64,000 nt of DNA from Lama guanicoe. Lineage: Eukaryota. The translations under genes were made by a program, and so were the position numbers. Location of the stretch: contig MU053379.1 of assembly GCA_013239625.1 (NCBI GenBank), positions 132,490 through 196,489 on the forward strand. The letters run 5' to 3'. Of this stretch, positions 62,841 through 64,000 are shown in pieces. Every line of letters begins with the position of its first letter. The first letter of the stretch is position 1. The notes below the pieces were generated by a model. It was not told the DNA's origin, searched no databases, and saw only the letters and a list, made by a program, of their open reading frames with translations.

Positions 62841-64000
62841 CTGGGTGCCTCCCAGCTCTGCCAGAGACTAGCCATGTGACTTTGGGCAGATTATGTAATT
62901 TATCCATAAAATGGCGCTAATAATACCTGCACGAGAGGGTTGTTCTGAGAATTAATCAAAATAGTAACTCTTTAAGGTAGCATTATGAGGCTCATTGTAC
63001 CCATGAGAACAAGCACCAGGAAAGGTCAATTCACTTGTCCAAAATCAGTCAAACACATAATAAGAGACAGAATACAGATCTGAACTTAAAATCTGACTCC
63101 AAACCCTATTCTCTTTACCATTATTCAATTCCATTGCTAAAAATGATTACCATAGCAACTCATTAACCTCCCCAGTCTCACACAAGGACCTAAAGAAACA
63201 GTGCCATCCCGTTGCATGTTGAGGTTTATTTTAAGTCAGACTTGGCAACAGGCAAAGTTGCGATGCCATTTAAAGCAAAAGAGAAAAAAATGTACCGTAG
63301 GTTTTGAATACCTGAGCCCACAAGTGGGGTGAGCAGACATCACCCTGTGCCGGTGTGAGAGAGAACAGTAAGTTCTTTTTGGCCTCACTTTCTTATAATG
63401 CTGTTTTGGGAAAACGATTTTTACCAAAATAGCATGCCATGTATGAATCTTGTTCAAATGCCAGAGTTGCTCTTGGAACCAGAATGTAGTTATACTGTGT
63501 ATTTTTAGAGAGGTATCCAGCACACGGTAACGAGGAGAAAGGGGCTGAGGAGTGTGGCGAGGGTGAGTCTTCATGCAGAGGTAGATTTGCACGTAAATCT
63601 TATACATCAGCCTGGGTCAGAATGACATCACAAAATATAAAGATGGTCAATACCAACAGGAAAATCGTGTTTTCTCTGACCATACACCCCTGGAAGCAAT
63701 TGTTATGAATCCAAAAGATAATGCCAAGGCTCACCTTTGACACATGGAGGAATACTGAGAATTTTCTTTTAGAAAGAGGAGCTTCATTTCAGAGTATCTT
63801 CTGTACCAATGGTTTGCTGCTGATAAATTGATTTACCTCCTCATTGTTCTCATTATCAGAGAATTTGTTGAGTACTTATATACTTAGTACATAATAAAAT
63901 AACTGTGCAATATACTTTCTATGAACCAGGCAGAATTCTAAATACTTTTCATGTATTATTTCCTTTAGTCCTCAGAACAAAGTATATTGTAAATACTTTT

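Overview
Mammalian, almost certainly camelid (camel/alpaca/llama), genomic DNA. Six copies of a tRNA-Ala-derived SINE of the camelid vic-1 type sit among ancestral eutherian repeats (L1, L2, MIR, MLT/ERVL and ERV1 LTRs, MER2, MER5). I cannot support any protein-coding exon: the listed ORFs are short, repeat-derived or GC-island artefacts. The main functional landmark is a CpG island/promoter at ~14.2-15.2 kb of a gene I cannot name, preceded by three co-oriented CTCF-like motifs and probably followed by intronic sequence with a few candidate non-coding exons. The most notable structures are: (i) two near-identical ~2.2-kb tandem duplications (5231-9542 and 16143-20722, the second with a nested 211-bp duplication) whose few differences cluster at the junctions, so either assembly artefacts or very young CNVs; (ii) an unidentified processed retrocopy with a 14-bp TSD (29281-29735); (iii) a 96-bp inverted, locally templated insertion inside a MER2 element; (iv) a double-poly(A) retroposed fragment inserted into a SINE; (v) an LTR nested inside another LTR. 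I see no convincing evidence of a new biological system. Repeat family names are from recall of consensus motifs and need RepeatMasker/Dfam confirmation.
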